A DNA stretch of 63,024 nt, filler included. It is 5 parts of 5 records of this genome, joined end to end, with 100 filler letters (N's around TTAATTAATTAA, not from the genome) between each part and the next. Parts side by side here need not be neighbours in the genome. Positions count along the whole stretch, not along the records: positions 41,236 to 52,833 come from SRR20825019_2803; positions 52,934 to 63,024 come from SRR20825019_2814; 3 more parts are not named here. One strand, 5' to 3'. Below are positions 48,334 through 58,076 of the stretch, piece by piece. Positions within the stretch are counted from its first letter, which is position 1, and the number at the start of each line of letters is the position of its first letter. Both the position numbers and the translations under genes were made by a program. Under the pieces are notes generated by a model. The model saw only the letters and a program-made list of their open reading frames with translations, did not search any database and was not told the origin of the DNA.

Positions 48334-50427
48334 ATGAACGCCCCCATTGCCCAGCGCACCATCCGCTCCGTCTGCCCGCATGACTGTCCTTCGGTCTGCG
48401 CGCTTGATGTCGATATTCTTGCCGACGGTACCATTGGCCGCGTACGCGGCGCCAAGGATGATCCCTATACGGCCGGCGTGATCTGCGAGAAGGTCGCGCG
48501 CTATGCCGAGCGCATCCATCACCCCGAACGCCTGACCCATCCCCTGCGCCGCGTCGGTGCCAAAGGGACCGGGCAGTGGCAACGCATCTCCTGGGACGAG
48601 GCGATCGATGAGATCGCCCAGCGCTTTCTCGCGATTGAAGCCGAGCATGGCCCGGAGGCCATTTGGCCCTATTTCTATGCCGGCACCATGGGCCATGTGC
48701 AGCGCGACGGCATCGAGCGGCTGCGCGCATTGCGCGGCTATTCGCATCAATATGACACAATCTGCACCGGTCTCGCCTGGCCCGGCTACATCGCCGGCAC
48801 GGGCCTGTTGGGCGGGGTCAATCCCGAGCATATGGCCGAGGCCGATTGCGTCGTCATCTGGGGCACCAACGCCGTGCATACCCAGGTCAATGTGATGACC
48901 CACGCCATGAAGGCCCGCAAGACGCGCGGCGCCAAGGTGGTGGTCATCGACATCTATCGCAATGCCACCATGGACCAGGCCGATATGGGGCTGGTCCTCC
49001 GGCCCGGCACTGATGGCGCGCTGGCCGTTGCCACCATGCATGTATTGCTGCGCGATGGTCTGGCCGATCGCGCCTATATGGCCCGGTTCACCGATTTCTC
49101 GGCTGAGTTTGAAGCCCATCTCGCAACCCGTACGCCGGAATGGGCGGCCGAAATCACCGGCCTGTCCGTCGCTGAGATCGAAGGCTTCGCCCATCTCGTC
49201 GGCAAGACGCCGCGCACCTTCTTCCGGCTCGGCTTCGGCTTTTCGCGCCAGCGCAACGGCTCCACCGCCATGCATGCCGCGCTCTCCATTCCGGCCATGA
49301 CCGGCGCCTGGCAGCATCGCGGTGGTGGCGCCTTCCACTCCAATTCAGGCACCTGGGCGCTGGACAAATCGCGCCTCAAGGGCAGCCATTTGCAAATGGG
49401 CACGCCGCGCCTGCTCGACATGTCCGAGATCGGCCCCATCCTCACCGGTGACGCCAGGGCGTTGCAGGGCGGTGGGCCGGTTCACGCCATGATCGTGCAG
49501 AACACCAATCCGGCCACCGTCGCGCCGGACCAGAAACGGGTGCAGGAAGGGTTCAAGCGCGAAGATCTGTTCCTCGTCGTCCATGAGCAGTTCATGACCG
49601 AGACGGCCGAATTGGCCGATATCGTGCTGCCGGCCACCATGTTCCTCGAACACAACGACTATTACACCCGCGGCGGCCATACCCGCGTGCTCTATGGACC
49701 GGCCGTGGTCGACGCGCCCGGCGAGGCGCGTTCCAATCACGAGGTCATCAACGCTATCGCCCAGCGCCTGGGCAGTGATGATCCGATCTTCCGGGCCAGC
49801 GACCGCGACGTGGTGGCCGACACGTTTGCGCGGTCCAACTACCCGGCGCTCGAAGAGGTGGAAAAGACCGGCTACATCGATCGCGGCCGGCCTGACGACG
49901 ATGCCCGCTTTGCCAATGGCTTCGCCTGGCCCGATGGCCGTTTCCGCTTTGCACCCAACTGGCAGGCCGTCTCCGACACCAAGGGCTATCGCTGGGTCTG
50001 CGACCCCGCCATCATGCCCCGCTTTGCCGACCACTGGGCCATCACCGAGGCAACCGACGCCGGGCACCCGTTCAAGCTGGCCACCAGCCCGGCGCGCGCC
50101 TTCCTCAACTCATCTTTCAACCAGACCCCGGGCAGCCTCAGGCGTGAGGGCGAGCCGAGCGTCTTCATTCATCCCGATGACGCGGCCCGGCTCGGTATTG
50201 CAGACGGCGCACCCGTTGTGGTCGGCAATCATCGCGGCGCGGTGCAATTGACCGCCCGCCTGTTCGATGGGTTGCGTACCGGCGTGTTGATCGCCGAGGG
50301 CCTGCATCGCAACAAGGCCCATCGCGGCGGGCAGGGCATCAATATGCTCACCAGCGCCGAACCGGCCCCACCCTTCGGTGGTGCGCCGTTCCACGATGCG
50401 GCAGTGTGGATCAGACTGGCGGACTAG
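48334..50427 (+). CDS. Molybdopterin-dependent oxidoreductase (DMSO reductase superfamily, cytoplasmic)
   Basis: N-terminal CPHDCPSVC..C Fe-S motif, RLTHPLRR, ISWDEA, TETAELADIVLPA and IHPDDA; no Tat signal. Confidence 0.92.
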   Translation: MNAPIAQRTIRSVCPHDCPSVCALDVDILADGTIGRVRGAKDDPYTAGVICEKVARYAERIHHPERLTHPLRRVGAKGTGQWQRISWDEAIDEIAQRFLAIEAEHGPEAIWPYFYAGTMGHVQRDGIERLRALRGYSHQYDTICTGLAWPGYIAGTGLLGGVNPEHMAEADCVVIWGTNAVHTQVNVMTHAMKARKTRGAKVVVIDIYRNATMDQADMGLVLRPGTDGALAVATMHVLLRDGLADRAYMARFTDFSAEFEAHLATRTPEWAAEITGLSVAEIEGFAHLVGKTPRTFFRLGFGFSRQRNGSTAMHAALSIPAMTGAWQHRGGGAFHSNSGTWALDKSRLKGSHLQMGTPRLLDMSEIGPILTGDARALQGGGPVHAMIVQNTNPATVAPDQKRVQEGFKREDLFLVVHEQFMTETAELADIVLPATMFLEHNDYYTRGGHTRVLYGPAVVDAPGEARSNHEVINAIAQRLGSDDPIFRASDRDVVADTFARSNYPALEEVEKTGYIDRGRPDDDARFANGFAWPDGRFRFAPNWQAVSDTKGYRWVCDPAIMPRFADHWAITEATDAGHPFKLATSPARAFLNSSFNQTPGSLRREGEPSVFIHPDDAARLGIADGAPVVVGNHRGAVQLTARLFDGLRTGVLIAEGLHRNKAHRGGQGINMLTSAEPAPPFGGAPFHDAAVWIRLAD

Positions 50428-50433
50428 GCTCTG

Positions 50434-51204
50434 TCAGGCGAAATACGCCGTCCAGAAGAAATACCCGGTCATTCCGATGCCATAGACGATCACGCCCATG
50501 CGGATCCACGGCGTCGGGATGAACTGCGCCAGCCGCGCCGCCGCGTAGCCGCCAATGGTCACGCCCACCAGGGCGATGGAGCCATGATACCAGTCGATGC
50601 TGCCGTTAAAGGCAAAGCGGGCCACCGCCACCAGCGCCACGATGGACGAGATATAGAGTTTCAGCCCGTTCATGGCGTGAATGTCGGTCATCCCCGCCAT
50701 GGCGAGGAACGCCAGCAGCAATATGCCCAGGCCCGCATTGAAGAACCCGCCATAGACACAGACGGCCGCCAGCAAGGAGAGGATCAACACCGCCCCAAGC
50801 GCCTTCATGCCGCGCCGCTCGCCGCCACGGGCCCTCAGCGTCGTATTGATCCGGTTGCCGAACACGAACAGCGTCACGGCAAACGCCATCAGCCAGGGCA
50901 CGACCAGCGAAAACTGTTCATCTGATACCACCAGCAGCAGTTCCGCCCCCACATAGCCGAACAGCGCCGAGATGACGCCATAGAGGACCAGCCGGTCCTT
51001 GTAGCCGGCGACGGACGTCCAATAGCCGATGGCGCCGCTGACATAGCCGGGCAGGGCCGCATACGTGTTGGAAGCATTGGCCAGCACGGGCGGCACGCCG
51101 GAAAACAGCAGCGCCGGAAAGACGATGAACGAGCCGCCACCGGCGAGCGAATTCAGCGCCCCGCCCAGCAGGCCCGCGACAAACAGCATCAGCTCGGTCA
51201 TCAT
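50434..51204 (-). CDS. TauE/SafE (TSUP)-family membrane protein
   Basis: GGALNSLAGGGSFIVFPAL and YGGFFNAGLG. Confidence 0.88.
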   Translation of the reverse strand: MMTELMLFVAGLLGGALNSLAGGGSFIVFPALLFSGVPPVLANASNTYAALPGYVSGAIGYWTSVAGYKDRLVLYGVISALFGYVGAELLLVVSDEQFSLVVPWLMAFAVTLFVFGNRINTTLRARGGERRGMKALGAVLILSLLAAVCVYGGFFNAGLGILLLAFLAMAGMTDIHAMNGLKLYISSIVALVAVARFAFNGSIDWYHGSIALVGVTIGGYAAARLAQFIPTPWIRMGVIVYGIGMTGYFFWTAYFA

Positions 51205-51300
51205 TCCCCCAATCGTGCAACGGAAATTCCTAGCGCCCAATCCTGGCCGCGCCCAACGCAATTGTCTGATCGGCCCATCACCGCAAGTGATCGACCCGCT

Positions 51301-51486
51301 CTTGACTTGGCGCCGTCCAGGGCGCATTTACACCACCGGTTGCTGGCGCCTGCCGCTCGCGGATCGCAAGATCCATGGTGAAGTTCAGCTCTAGACAATG
51401 ATCCCTTCGGTTGTTTCTCCCAAGGCGCATCATGGCAATGCGGGCTCCCATGTGAATTGTCGCCTCCCATCCGGAGAGCCCGAAAC
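51301..51486 (+). promoter_or_regulatory. Promoter and structured ~150-nt leader with an 8-codon uORF
   Basis: CTTGAC -35 at 51301; GGATC-GCAA-GATCC hairpin; uORF 51375-51401 (MVKFSSRQ); CGGGCTC can pair with GAGCCCG at the RBS. Confidence 0.45.
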
Positions 51487-51927
51487 ATGTCGTTTTCCCT
51501 CGATACCCCGTCCGCCCATACCCTGAAATCCGAGGCCAAGGCCCTGCGCGAGAGCCGCGCCCAATCCGGCCAGCCGATCACCCATAGCGCCGCCCTCGAA
51601 GAGACAGCGCGCGCCCACGGCTATCGCGACTGGAACACGGCCCGCGCCGCCTTGCCCGAACGTGTCGCCGTACCCTTCCAGGTCGGCATGCGCGTCAAAG
51701 GCTTCTATCTCGAACAGCCCTTCAAGGGCCTGCTGATCGGTGTACAGCTTGCCCACAACATGCAGGCCTTCACGGTCACTATCCAGTTCGATGAGCCGGT
51801 CAATGTCACGCCGGACTTCATGTTCGCTGCCTATCGGCAGCGTGTGGTCTCGACCGTGGATCTGCGCGGCATCTCGCCGGCCCTGCGCGGCAATGGCCAG
51901 CCACAGATGCGATTGATGCGCGCTTAG
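51487..51927 (+). CDS. Small protein with N-terminal 'glyoxalase superfamily'-annotated helical domain
   Basis: LKSEAKALRE..ITHSAALEETARAHGYRDWNTARA motif; function unknown. Confidence 0.75.
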   Translation: MSFSLDTPSAHTLKSEAKALRESRAQSGQPITHSAALEETARAHGYRDWNTARAALPERVAVPFQVGMRVKGFYLEQPFKGLLIGVQLAHNMQAFTVTIQFDEPVNVTPDFMFAAYRQRVVSTVDLRGISPALRGNGQPQMRLMRA

Positions 51928-51948
51928 CAGGCGGTCCGCATTGACGGA

Positions 51949-52010
51949 TGAAAGGCTTCAGTCGAGCCTTTCAAGACAAGAAGGCCATGAGAGCTATGCG
52001 CGAATAGCCT
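51949..52010. repeat. Intergenic element of the same architecture, copy 2
   Basis: TGAAAGGCT-TCAGTCG-AGCCTTTCA then AGGCCA-TGAG..CGAA-TAGCCT, between convergent genes. Confidence 0.5.
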
Positions 52011-52592
52011 CTACTGTGCCGGGGTGGCAGCTTCTGCCGCCTCGGCCTCGGCCTCGGCCTCTGCTTCTGCCGCGGCACGCGCTTCCAGCTCCTCGGCCGG
52101 CACCCGCGTCCAGTCCTCGCCGCGGCAGACCACGTTGAACAGCACGCAGCCATTGAGCCGCACAACATCCGGGCCTGTCATCTCGACATAGCCCGTATAG
52201 GTCTTGCCGTCCTCGGGATTATAGATTTCCCCGTCATAGATATAGGGCTGCTGGCCCTGCCACAGCGTGAGGATTTGCAGCCCCAGCATGGGCCGGTCCC
52301 GCAGCGCCGGATCTTCATTGCGATCATCGAAGAAGTCTTCCGGCGCCATCGCCGCGGCGGCTTCTGCTTCTGCACCGCTCAACAGGCCCTCGGGCACGAC
52401 AATGCGCGACAGGTACCCGCAAAACCCGTCCGGGCAGGCCATGATGGTGATTTCGGATTCAAGAGCGGTGCGCCAGACCCCTTCGATTGGCGCCTGCGCT
52501 TGCGCCAGCGCGCTTATGGGCCCGGCAAACAGGCTCGACACCACCACAACCAGAGGCGCCAGGAAACGCCCGGGACTGATCCTAACCGTCAT
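52011..52592 (-). CDS. DUF2147-like exported protein
   Basis: Signal peptide; IEGVWRT, RNEDPALRDRPMLGLQIL, GEIYNPEDGKTY and GCVLFNVVCR; (AE)n tail. Confidence 0.85.
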   Translation of the reverse strand: MTVRISPGRFLAPLVVVVSSLFAGPISALAQAQAPIEGVWRTALESEITIMACPDGFCGYLSRIVVPEGLLSGAEAEAAAAMAPEDFFDDRNEDPALRDRPMLGLQILTLWQGQQPYIYDGEIYNPEDGKTYTGYVEMTGPDVVRLNGCVLFNVVCRGEDWTRVPAEELEARAAAEAEAEAEAEAAEAATPAQ

Positions 52593-52764
52593 CTGCTTTT
52601 CGCCTCTTGTGTTTGCCCCGGTCGTCCAATCGACTCGGAACCTGTCGCCGCCACACCGCCGATTAAAGCCATGAATGCACGCTCATACCAACCAAATTGC
52701 GGCGCTGGAGTTCCCCATCCGTCCACAGGCAACAAGTCCTTGTGGCGCCCCGGACAAAAACCAC

Positions 52765-52793
52765 TTGCCATCCAGGGGTGGGGCCGCTAGACC
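52765..52793 (+). promoter_or_regulatory. Sigma-70-type tRNA promoter
   Basis: TTGCCA-N17-TAGACC, 10 nt before the tRNA. Confidence 0.55.
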
Positions 52794-52803
52794 CGACCCC
52801 GCT

Positions 52804-52833
52804 GGAGAGGTGGCCGAGTGGTCGAAGGCACAC
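52804..52833 (+). tRNA. tRNA-Ser 5' fragment (anticodon not visible)
   Basis: GGAGAGGTGGCCGAGTGGTCGAAGGCACAC: acceptor 5' strand and D-arm typical of tRNA-Ser. Confidence 0.8.
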
Positions 52834-52933
52834 NNNNNNNNNNNNNNNNNNNNNNNNNNNNNNNNNNNNNNNNNNNNTTAATTAATTAANNNNNNNNNNN
52901 NNNNNNNNNNNNNNNNNNNNNNNNNNNNNNNNN
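52834..52933. other. Artificial contig linker
   Basis: Same 100-nt spacer. Confidence 0.98.
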
Positions 52934-52996
52934 AAGGGTCAGACACAGCATCGTCAATGCCATGACGCCCAGACGTCTCAGAATAAACCCAAGCAC
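52934..52996 (-). CDS. Peptide ABC permease (DppB/OppB-like), N-terminal fragment
   Basis: MLGFILRRLGVMALTMLCLTL after a GAAGGGG RBS; follows a family-5 binding protein. Confidence 0.75.
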
Positions 52997-53078
52997 GGTT
53001 TCCCCTTCCCCCGTATCCGGAGGTTGTTATTGATTGCCTGCGCAAGAGGGGGCCTCTCGGCCCCCCTGAAGTCCGGTC

Positions 53079-54731
53079 TCAGCCCTCGTCGAGCCAGACC
53101 TTTTCCAGATCGATCTCGAAGGTCTGGTGCATGCCGTGGTTCTTCACGGCCTCCACCGAGTGGTTGTAAAGTTTGCGCCAGTAGGGCTGGAGAATGATGC
53201 CCGAGCCCTGGATGATCTCCTCGATCTTTTTCATCACCTCGCGGCGATTGTCGGGATCGGGAATGGCCAGCGCCTCCTCGATCAGCTTGTCGAGCTCCGG
53301 GTTGGAGTAGGCGGATTCGTTCCACGCCTCGCCCGTGCGATAGGCGAGTGCCACGACCTGAATGCCCAGCGGACGCATGTTCCAGTTGGTCATCGAGAAG
53401 GGATACTTGGTCCAGTCGTTCCAGAAAGTGGAGCCGGGCAGCACCGTGCGCTTCACCTTGAAGCCAGCCTCGCGCAACTGGGCGGCAATGGCGTCACCCG
53501 TGTTCTTGTGCCAGTCCTCGTCCACGGTGATGAGCTCGTGCTCATAATCCATCTGGCCGGCTTCTTCCATCAGGGCCTTGGCCTCGTCCAGATTGCGTTC
53601 CAGCCTGGGCAGTTCGGCATATTCGGGGTGGATCGGGCAGACATGATGGTTCTCGGCCACCTCGCCGGCATTGTTGTAGCCGAGCGCCAGAACCGTCGTG
53701 TTGTCGACGGCACGCTGCAGGGCGCGGCGCACCTTCTCGTCGTCATAGGGCGCATTGTCGACATTGGTGCGCGCCACGATCGTTGTTGCCGTGGTGACCT
53801 CCGATTTCACCAGCCCCAGAGAGTCCATAATATCCACGAAATCGGCAGTCGTTTCGTAATTGGTGTGGATTTCTCCGGATTCAAAGGCACTGACGGTCGC
53901 GGAGGGGTCCGTGCCGTAATCGATGAACTCAATGCCATCGAGATAGGCTTCGCCGCCCCACCACTTGCCATCCGCCCGCTTCTTGAGTTCCACTCGGTTG
54001 CCAACCTCGTAGGACACGAGCTCGAAGGGACCGGTGCCAATGGGATTGGCGACGAAATCGCGGCCCGTTTCGTCGAAGCTTGGGTGAACGATAAGTGCCG
54101 GATAGTCCGACATGCCGGGAATGATGGAAATATCAGGTGCCGACAGGTTCAGCTTCACCGTCATGTCATCGACCTTTTCGATGGCCCCCTCGCGCGCCTT
54201 TTTGGTCTCAGAATCAACGAGGGAAGCCATGCGGGCCGGCATGGAGTTGCCCTCCACGGTCTGGTCGCACCAGCGGTTGAAGTTGTAGATCACGTCATCG
54301 GCGGTGAAGGCGTCGCCATTGTTCCAGGTAACGCCCGGACGCACGTGAAGGATGTACTCGGTTGCATCGTCGTTGACTTCCCAGCTTTCGAGAAGCTTGC
54401 CCTCAAAGGTGAAATCGCGGGTGTACTTCACCAGCGGCTCGAGCGTCTGGCGCATGGCGTTGGCGATTTCCGACCAGTCGGCCGTGCGCGGATCTTTCGG
54501 GTCCTTGATGAACATGGCGACGCGCAGTATGCCGCCCTTTTTCGGCTCCTGAGCCATTGCATGTCTGGGGGCTGCCAGGCCGAGCATACCGTAAGCTGCT
54601 GCCGTCGATGCGCCGAGCGCGCTTGCGAGCGCAAGAAACTCACGCCGGTCCATTCTGCCGGCACGTGCCTCATTCGCCATATCGGCGACGCGGGCCGGCA
54701 CCTTCTCGCCATTGCTCTTGAAAAACGTCAT
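53079..54731 (-). CDS. Family-5 (peptide/nickel-type) ABC substrate-binding protein with Tat signal
   Basis: [10 protein letters not shown] twin-arginine motif, [13 protein letters not shown] and PIGTGPF; likely start MTFFKS. Confidence 0.9.
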   Translation of the reverse strand: MTFFKSNGEKVPARVADMANEARAGRMDRREFLALASALGASTAAAYGMLGLAAPRHAMAQEPKKGGILRVAMFIKDPKDPRTADWSEIANAMRQTLEPLVKYTRDFTFEGKLLESWEVNDDATEYILHVRPGVTWNNGDAFTADDVIYNFNRWCDQTVEGNSMPARMASLVDSETKKAREGAIEKVDDMTVKLNLSAPDISIIPGMSDYPALIVHPSFDETGRDFVANPIGTGPFELVSYEVGNRVELKKRADGKWWGGEAYLDGIEFIDYGTDPSATVSAFESGEIHTNYETTADFVDIMDSLGLVKSEVTTATTIVARTNVDNAPYDDEKVRRALQRAVDNTTVLALGYNNAGEVAENHHVCPIHPEYAELPRLERNLDEAKALMEEAGQMDYEHELITVDEDWHKNTGDAIAAQLREAGFKVKRTVLPGSTFWNDWTKYPFSMTNWNMRPLGIQVVALAYRTGEAWNESAYSNPELDKLIEEALAIPDPDNRREVMKKIEEIIQGSGIILQPYWRKLYNHSVEAVKNHGMHQTFEIDLEKVWLDEG

Positions 54732-55019
54732 CGACGCACTCCCATTATCTGCCGTTTTCGGTTCGCTATTAGCATTTCCCATCCCGCCCCCGATGTCAAA
54801 ATTCCCCGGGGTTCGAGAGGCAAATTCTGCAATTTTTTCGACAATCTCAATGACGGATTTGCGACAGTATTGCCGCAAAAATTACACGAAGAGCCGATTT
54901 CGCAACAATAGGTACGATTTAATCCTGACAAATCTTGACTTCGGGGAGCACGCTGTCCCGGATCCGCCCCTGCCTGCTAATTGACGCTGTCTCTGCCAGT
55001 TGCTAAGCGGTTTCGGTTC

Positions 55020-55205
55020 GCTTGAGGTGCTCCGGCAGGTGTCCGCCCGCCGGAGAAAAGGGAACACGGAACGGTCATTTTTATGAACCGCAGCCGTGGC
55101 TGCTCCCGCAACTGTGAGCGCTGAGGTGCCTCTGATGCCACTGGGTGCAAGACCCGGGAAGGCGAGACCACCGACGAAGCGCGAGCCAGGAAACCTGCCT
55201 CAAGC
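55020..55205 (+). ncRNA. Cobalamin riboswitch
   Basis: P1 GCTTGAGG/CCTCAAGC; AAAAGGGAACACGG, GCTCCCGCAACTGT, GCCACTG..GGGAAGGC and B12 box GAGCCAGGAAACCTGCC; upstream of a TonB-dependent receptor. Confidence 0.95.
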
Positions 55206-55344
55206 CGTCACCGACCGGATGCGGGATGCTTCCGGGGCTGTGGTTCTCGCAGTGGTGGCGATTGTCATCGCTGGCGGGGAGACCGAACTTTGGCGTCTGT
55301 CGCTCTCCAGCAAATCAGAAAATGTTGCTCGCTGGAGGAAATGC

Positions 55345-57207
55345 ATGCTTTCAAACCGACACCGAACCTCTTTCCTGTTCAGTGCATCAGCGCTGATACT
55401 GGGCTTCTCCACGCTCACCACGCAGGCTGAAGACTTCGAGCTCGACACACTGGTCATCACCCCCAGCCGCACCCCAACGGAGGCCTCCAAAGTGGGCTCC
55501 ACGGTGCAGGTTATCGAGCGCGAGGAGATCGAGGAGCAGTCTCTGCCTCTGGTGGTGGAATATCTTGACCTTCTGCCGGGTGTAAGCCTGTCATCGCCAG
55601 GGGGCGTGGGCGCGGAGGGCAGTCTGTCGATCCGTGGCGCACCACGCCGCTACGTGAAAACCCTCTACAACGGCATCGACATTTCCGACCCGACCAGCAC
55701 CCAGGTGCAGACATCCTACCAATATCTCCTGTCCGGGGGGCTACAGAGCATCGAAGTCCTGAAGGGCTCGCAGAGCACACTCTACGGCTCCGACGCCATT
55801 GCGGGAGTGATCAGCCTGTCAACACTGGACGACGTCGAGCCCGGCATCACCCACATCCTTCACGGTGAAGGTGGTTCGCATGGCTCGTTTGGGGGTTCCT
55901 ACGGTTTCAGAGCTGGCAGCGAGCAGTCGAAACTCTCCATCAGCGCCACGGGCTTCCGCACCGACGGCATCTCGGCCGCAGCCTCCGGCACCGAGCGCGA
56001 CGGCTACGAGAACATCACGTTCGATGCGAACGCCGAACATGCGTTCTCCGAAGTCTTCTCCGTCTTCGGGTCGGCGCTTTATATCGACGCAGAGGCCGAG
56101 TTCGACAATCAGGGTTTCGGCACTCTTCTGCCGAGTGACAATCCAACGGCCACCAACCACAGCAGACAACGCGCAGGCCGCGCCGGTTTCAATCTCGACC
56201 TCATGGACGGCCGCTTCCGCAACACGGTCTCCGTGCAGGCCTTTGACCTCGAACGGTCGATTACCGGCACGGGCTTCGATGGAACCTATAACGGTCGCCG
56301 CTACAAAGCCGACTATCAGGGCGCTTTTGACGTCAATGACTGGTTGGTCGTTCAGGGCGGCGCAGATTACGAGCGCCAGAACGCGGTCTTTCCTTCCGGC
56401 CTGTTCAATCCCGAAATTGATTCCAGTTTCTGGATTGCCGGGGTCTGGGGTGAAGCCATCGCCACACCGTTGGAAAACCTGACGCTGACCGCCGGTATCA
56501 GACAGGACGAACACAGCGAATTTGGGGGGCACACCACATATCGCGCGACTGCGTCCTATCTTTTCGATCAGACCGGGACGCGCCTGCACGGCTCCATGGG
56601 AACCGGCTTCCGCGCGCCGAGCCTCAACGAACTCTTCGGTCCCTTCGGCGCAAACCCCAACCTTCGGCCCGAAACCAGCTTCGGCTTCGACATCGGCGTT
56701 GAGCAGCGTTTCTGGAATGGAGCGGTGGTCGCCGATCTCACCTACTTCCAGCTCGAGATAGACGATCTGATCGGCTACACGACGCACTATGAGCATATCG
56801 CGGGCACGTCGCGCCAGCGCGGCGTCGAGGCCTCGCTCCGCTATGTCGCGACCGACTGGCTGGTCCTCACCGGCGCCTATACCTATACACACACGGTAGA
56901 CCAGAACGACGTTCGCCTGACGCGCGTGCCACGCCACGAAATCGGCCTGACCGCCAGCGTGAAACCCGCAGAGAAGTGGACAATATCGGCCTCTGCCAGG
57001 GCGGCCATGGATACGGTCGATACCGGCGGTTTCAAGCTTGACGATTATCTGCTTGTCAACGCCAAAATCGCCTACAAGCCGACCGAGGACACCGAACTCT
57101 ATGTGCGGGCGGAAAACCTGCTTGATCAGGATTATCAGACGGTACGCGGCTACAACACACCCGGCTTCGGCGTTTTCGCCGGCTTCCGTGCAAAGTTCGC
57201 TCCCTGA
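55345..57207 (+). CDS. btuB: TonB-dependent cobalamin receptor
   Basis: ATG after GGAGGA; TonB box DTLVIT, IEVLKGSQSTLYGSDAIAGVI, TGFRAPSL and ENLLDQDY; riboswitch-controlled. Confidence 0.88.
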   Translation: MLSNRHRTSFLFSASALILGFSTLTTQAEDFELDTLVITPSRTPTEASKVGSTVQVIEREEIEEQSLPLVVEYLDLLPGVSLSSPGGVGAEGSLSIRGAPRRYVKTLYNGIDISDPTSTQVQTSYQYLLSGGLQSIEVLKGSQSTLYGSDAIAGVISLSTLDDVEPGITHILHGEGGSHGSFGGSYGFRAGSEQSKLSISATGFRTDGISAAASGTERDGYENITFDANAEHAFSEVFSVFGSALYIDAEAEFDNQGFGTLLPSDNPTATNHSRQRAGRAGFNLDLMDGRFRNTVSVQAFDLERSITGTGFDGTYNGRRYKADYQGAFDVNDWLVVQGGADYERQNAVFPSGLFNPEIDSSFWIAGVWGEAIATPLENLTLTAGIRQDEHSEFGGHTTYRATASYLFDQTGTRLHGSMGTGFRAPSLNELFGPFGANPNLRPETSFGFDIGVEQRFWNGAVVADLTYFQLEIDDLIGYTTHYEHIAGTSRQRGVEASLRYVATDWLVLTGAYTYTHTVDQNDVRLTRVPRHEIGLTASVKPAEKWTISASARAAMDTVDTGGFKLDDYLLVNAKIAYKPTEDTELYVRAENLLDQDYQTVRGYNTPGFGVFAGFRAKFAP

Positions 57208-58076
57208 TGCTGGGGCGCCGGAAATGCCTCCCCTGCCTTTCCGGCCTTGCTCTTCTGGCCGGCGCGCTGCTTGTCGCGCCGGTTTCGGCCGCGCCGAAAC
57301 GGGTCATGTCGCTCAATCTGTGCACTGACCAGCTTGCCATGACATTGGCGGGTCCGGGGCAGCTCGTTTCCGTCTCTTTCCTCGCGCGCGAACCGGGCCT
57401 CTCCATGCTGCACGAGGAAGCCAGGAGCTACCCGGCCAATCACGGGCTTGCCGAAGAGGTGTTTCTTGAAAATCCCGACCTGGTGGTCACCGGCACCCAC
57501 TCACTACACAACACCACCGCGTTGCTGAAACGGCTGGGCTTTCATGTCGAAGAATTTTCCTTCGCGCAGACCCTTGAGACCATTCCTGGTGAAGTGCGGC
57601 GGATGGGGGCGCTCATCGGGCAGGAAAAGAGGGCGCAAGCCATCGCAGACGATTTCACGCGTGAACTCGAAACAATCGCCGCCGGCCAATGCGGCAAAGA
57701 CCCTACCATGATTGCCTATGACCAGAACGGCATCGCCTCTGGACGCGGCACGCTGGCCGATTCCGTTGTGCAGGCTGCCGGCTTTGCCAATCTTGCCGCC
57801 GACATGGGTGTCATTGGCGTAGCCCCCTTTCCACTGGAGCAGGTGATCGCCGCCCACCCGGATGTCATCAGCATCGGCGCGCCGCAAAAGGCGCCGACGC
57901 TTGGCGAATTTGTGACACGCCATCCCGCTATTGGCGCGCTCCCGGATACGCGTATCGGCGCATTCGTGCCGGAGGCCTCCCTGTCCTGCGGTATCCCCTC
58001 GGTGATCGAAGCCGTGCGGGCGCTGGCAGCGCTCCGCACCGAGATTGCTCCCTGCCACGGGAACGCTGCGCAATGA
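57207..58076 (+). CDS. Cobalamin ABC substrate-binding protein (BtuF-like)
   Basis: PKRVMSLNLCTDQL and EEVFLENPDLVV. Confidence 0.85.
   Translation: MLGRRKCLPCLSGLALLAGALLVAPVSAAPKRVMSLNLCTDQLAMTLAGPGQLVSVSFLAREPGLSMLHEEARSYPANHGLAEEVFLENPDLVVTGTHSLHNTTALLKRLGFHVEEFSFAQTLETIPGEVRRMGALIGQEKRAQAIADDFTRELETIAAGQCGKDPTMIAYDQNGIASGRGTLADSVVQAAGFANLAADMGVIGVAPFPLEQVIAAHPDVISIGAPQKAPTLGEFVTRHPAIGALPDTRIGAFVPEASLSCGIPSVIEAVRALAALRTEIAPCHGNAAQ

Noticed and set aside
52030..52075. GCCTCG hexamer tandem as a CRISPR or contingency repeat
   Set aside because: It encodes a low-complexity (AE)n tail in frame. I saw no repeat-spacer array or cas gene anywhere in the window.
14054..52933. Four identical TTAATTAATTAA motifs in N-runs as a biological repeat, or any system spanning segments
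   Set aside because: They are synthetic 100-nt contig spacers; genes on either side are truncated and come from different organisms or loci.
53127..54911. 594-aa antisense ORF, and similar long shadows (22461-23819, 41734-42999, 46090-47406, 12225-13244, 19755-20771)
   Set aside because: They overlap well-supported genes, show no recognisable motifs, and are expected from high-GC codon bias.
55096..55344. 83-aa N-terminal extension of BtuB in the ORF track
   Set aside because: It runs through the cobalamin riboswitch; ATG 55345 has a proper RBS and signal peptide. Similar over-extended starts were trimmed for ytfQ, ACBP and both binding proteins.
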